Assembly (NCBI RefSeq): GCF_009914755.1
Contig: NC_060937.1
Strand: one strand, 5' to 3'
Origin: the human T2T-CHM13v2.0 reference genome, Homo sapiens
DNA length: 64,000 nt
Made by a program: the position numbers and the translations under genes. Shown in pieces: positions 62,001 through 64,000 of this stretch. The notes under the pieces are model-generated. The model was not told where the DNA came from. It worked only from the letters and a program-made list of their open reading frames with translations, and made no database searches. Each line of letters opens with the position of its first letter. The first letter of the stretch is position 1.

Positions 62001-64000
62001 AATAAACTGTAAATAAAATATCAATGTACTCAAACTATATATTATGTGCGGTACATAAGATATCAAAGTACCCATGCTATATAGTATATACTGTACTTAA
62101 AATATCAAAATACCCAAAATATATATTATATACGTTACATAAACTATCAAATACACAAAGTATGTATTATATACTGTACATAAAATAGCAAAGTTCCCAA
62201 AATATGTATTATATACTGTACATAAAATATGAAAGTACCCAACCATTTATAATAAACTCTACATAAAATACCAAAGTACCCAAACTGTGTATTATATACT
62301 GTCCATAAAATATCAAAGGACCCAAAATATATATTGTAAACTCTACATAAAATATCAAAGTAGCCAAAATACATATTGTATACTGTACATAAAATATAAA
62401 AGTACCCCAAATATATATTATATACTGTACATAAAATATCAAAGTACCCATAATACATATTATATACTGTACATAAAATATCAAAGGACCCAAAATAAAC
62501 ATTATATACTGTACATAAAATATCCAAATACTCAAAATATATATTACATACTGTACATAAAATATCAAAGTACCCAAATTATGTATTATATACTGTATAT
62601 AAAATATCAGAGTACCCAAAATATGCATTATATACTGTACATAAAATATGAAGGTACATCAAATATATAGTATATGCTGCACATAAAATATCAAAGTACC
62701 CAAAGTATGTATTATATACTGTACATAAAATATCAAAGTACCAAAAGTATATATTACCTACTGTAAATAAAATATGAAGATACCTCAAATATATATTATA
62801 TTCTGTACATAAAATATCAAAGTGCACCAAGTATATACTATATACTCTACATAAAATATTAAATTACCCAAAATATGTATTGTATTGTGTACATAAAATA
62901 TGAAAGTAACCAAACATTTATAATAAACTGTACATAAAATATCAAAGTACTCAAACTTTATATTATATACTGTACATAAAGTATCAAAGTACCCAAACTG
63001 TGTAGTATATACTGTACATGAAATATCAAGGTACCCAAAATGTATATTGTAAAGTGTAGATAAAATATCAAAGTACCCAAAATATATATTATATACTGTA
63101 CATAAAATATGAAGGCACATCCAATATATATTATATTCTGTACATAAAATATCAAAGTACACCAAATGTATATTATATACTGTACATAAAATATAAAACT
63201 ACCCCAAATATATCTTATATACTCTACATAAAATATCAAAGTACCCAAAATATATATTATATACTGTACATAAAATATCAAAGTACCCATAGTATGTATT
63301 ATATCCTGTACATAAAATATGAAGGTACATCAAATATATATTCTATTCTGCACATAAAATATCATATTGCACCAAATATATATTGTATACTGTATATAAA
63401 ATATGAAGGTACTTCAAATATATATTATATGCTGCACATAAAATATCAAAGTACCCAAAGTATGCATTATATACTGTACATAAAATATCAAAGTACCCAA
63501 AGTGTATATTATATACTGTACATAAAATATGAAGGTTCATCTAATATATTTTATATTCTGCACATAATATATCAAAGTACAGCAAATATATATTATATAT
63601 TGTACATAAAATAACAAAGTACCAAAAATATGTATTATATACTGTACATAAAATATGAAAGTAACCAAATATTTATAATAAACTGTATATAAAATATCAA
63701 AGTACTCAAACTACATATTATATACAGTATATAAAATATCAAAGTACCCAAACTATATATTATATACTGTACATACTATATCAAAGTACCCAAATATATA
63801 GCATACTGTCCATAAAATATCAAAGTACCCAAAATATATATTGTATACTGTACATAAAATATGAAGGTACATCAAAGATATATTATATCCTGTACATAAA
63901 ATATCAAAGTACACCAAATATATATTATATGCTGTACATAATATATTAAAGTCGACCAAATATATATTATATACTGTACATAAAATATGAAGGTACCTCA
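56041..64000 (+). repeat. B (3317), A with 377-bp deletion (2636), then B with 922-bp deletion (incomplete at window end)
   Basis: Landmarks at 56041, 59358 and 61994. Deletion junctions near 61820 and 62650 have the same structure as those near 33810 and 34640. Confidence 0.8.

Larger units (their letters stand above)
1..64000 (+). repeat. HSat1A / human satellite I (SAR) 42-bp tandem satellite array, single orientation, running off both window edges
   Basis: Continuous 42-bp period with consensus ACATAAAATATCAAAGT-ACCCAAAATATATATTATATACTGT (34/42 A+T, only 2 G on the + strand) and two GTAC sites per monomer. This gives the alternating 17-bp and 25-bp RsaI units that define human satellite I. 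Species and family are assigned by recognition, not by a database search. Confidence 0.96.

Noticed and set aside
344-63959. Hundreds of 60-245 aa ORFs rich in Y, I, F and C (YNIYFGYFDILCTV, GTLIFYVQYIIYIL and YYILYIKYQSTQNI repeats) resembling repeat or membrane proteins
   Set aside because: A 42-bp period equals 14 codons, so stop-free consensus frames stay open automatically. The ORFs overlap in several frames on both strands, many use non-ATG starts, and they are broken by the recurrent 40/41-bp monomers. I see no sign of coding constraint; I used them only as positional landmarks.
1-64000. CRISPR-like alternation of a conserved part (tactgtacataaaatatcaaagtac) and a more variable part
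   Set aside because: The variable parts are point variants of one consensus and recur with the higher-order period, so they are not unique spacers. There are no cas genes or leader.
1-64000. Strand inversion, retroelement insertion (Alu/L1), HSat1B, alpha satellite or CENP-B boxes
   Set aside because: On reading through I found no orientation switch, no non-satellite or GC-rich segment, no poly(A) tail with target-site duplication and no 171-bp unit.

Overview
The whole 64 kb window is one uninterrupted, single-orientation, AT-rich tandem satellite. The monomer is 42 bp: a 17-bp unit ACATAAAATAT(C/G)AAAGT plus a 25-bp unit ACCCAAAATATATATTATATACTGT, bounded by two RsaI GTAC sites. This matches human classical satellite I (HSat1A, Repbase SAR), about 1,500 monomers. 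I see no genes, RNA genes, transposons or CRISPR arrays. The listed ORFs are artefacts of a 42-bp (14-codon) period. Landmark spacing resolves two higher-order units: A (3013 bp, 72 monomers) and B (3307 or 3317 bp, 79 monomers; A plus a 294-bp 7-mer, with or without a 10-bp insertion). These mostly alternate as a ~6.33-kb super-repeat. Whole-monomer deletions and duplications (126, 377, 461, 543, 794, 922, 1045 bp) modify it, and multi-kb blocks recur at offsets of ~21.8, 23.6, 28.0, 47.4 and 50.9 kb. The most interesting functional observation is speculative: nearly every monomer carries a perfect Pumilio response element (TGTACATA) on the + strand, alongside periodic AATAAA signals. All lengths and offsets were derived by hand from landmarks and ORF-track coordinates and should be confirmed by alignment.
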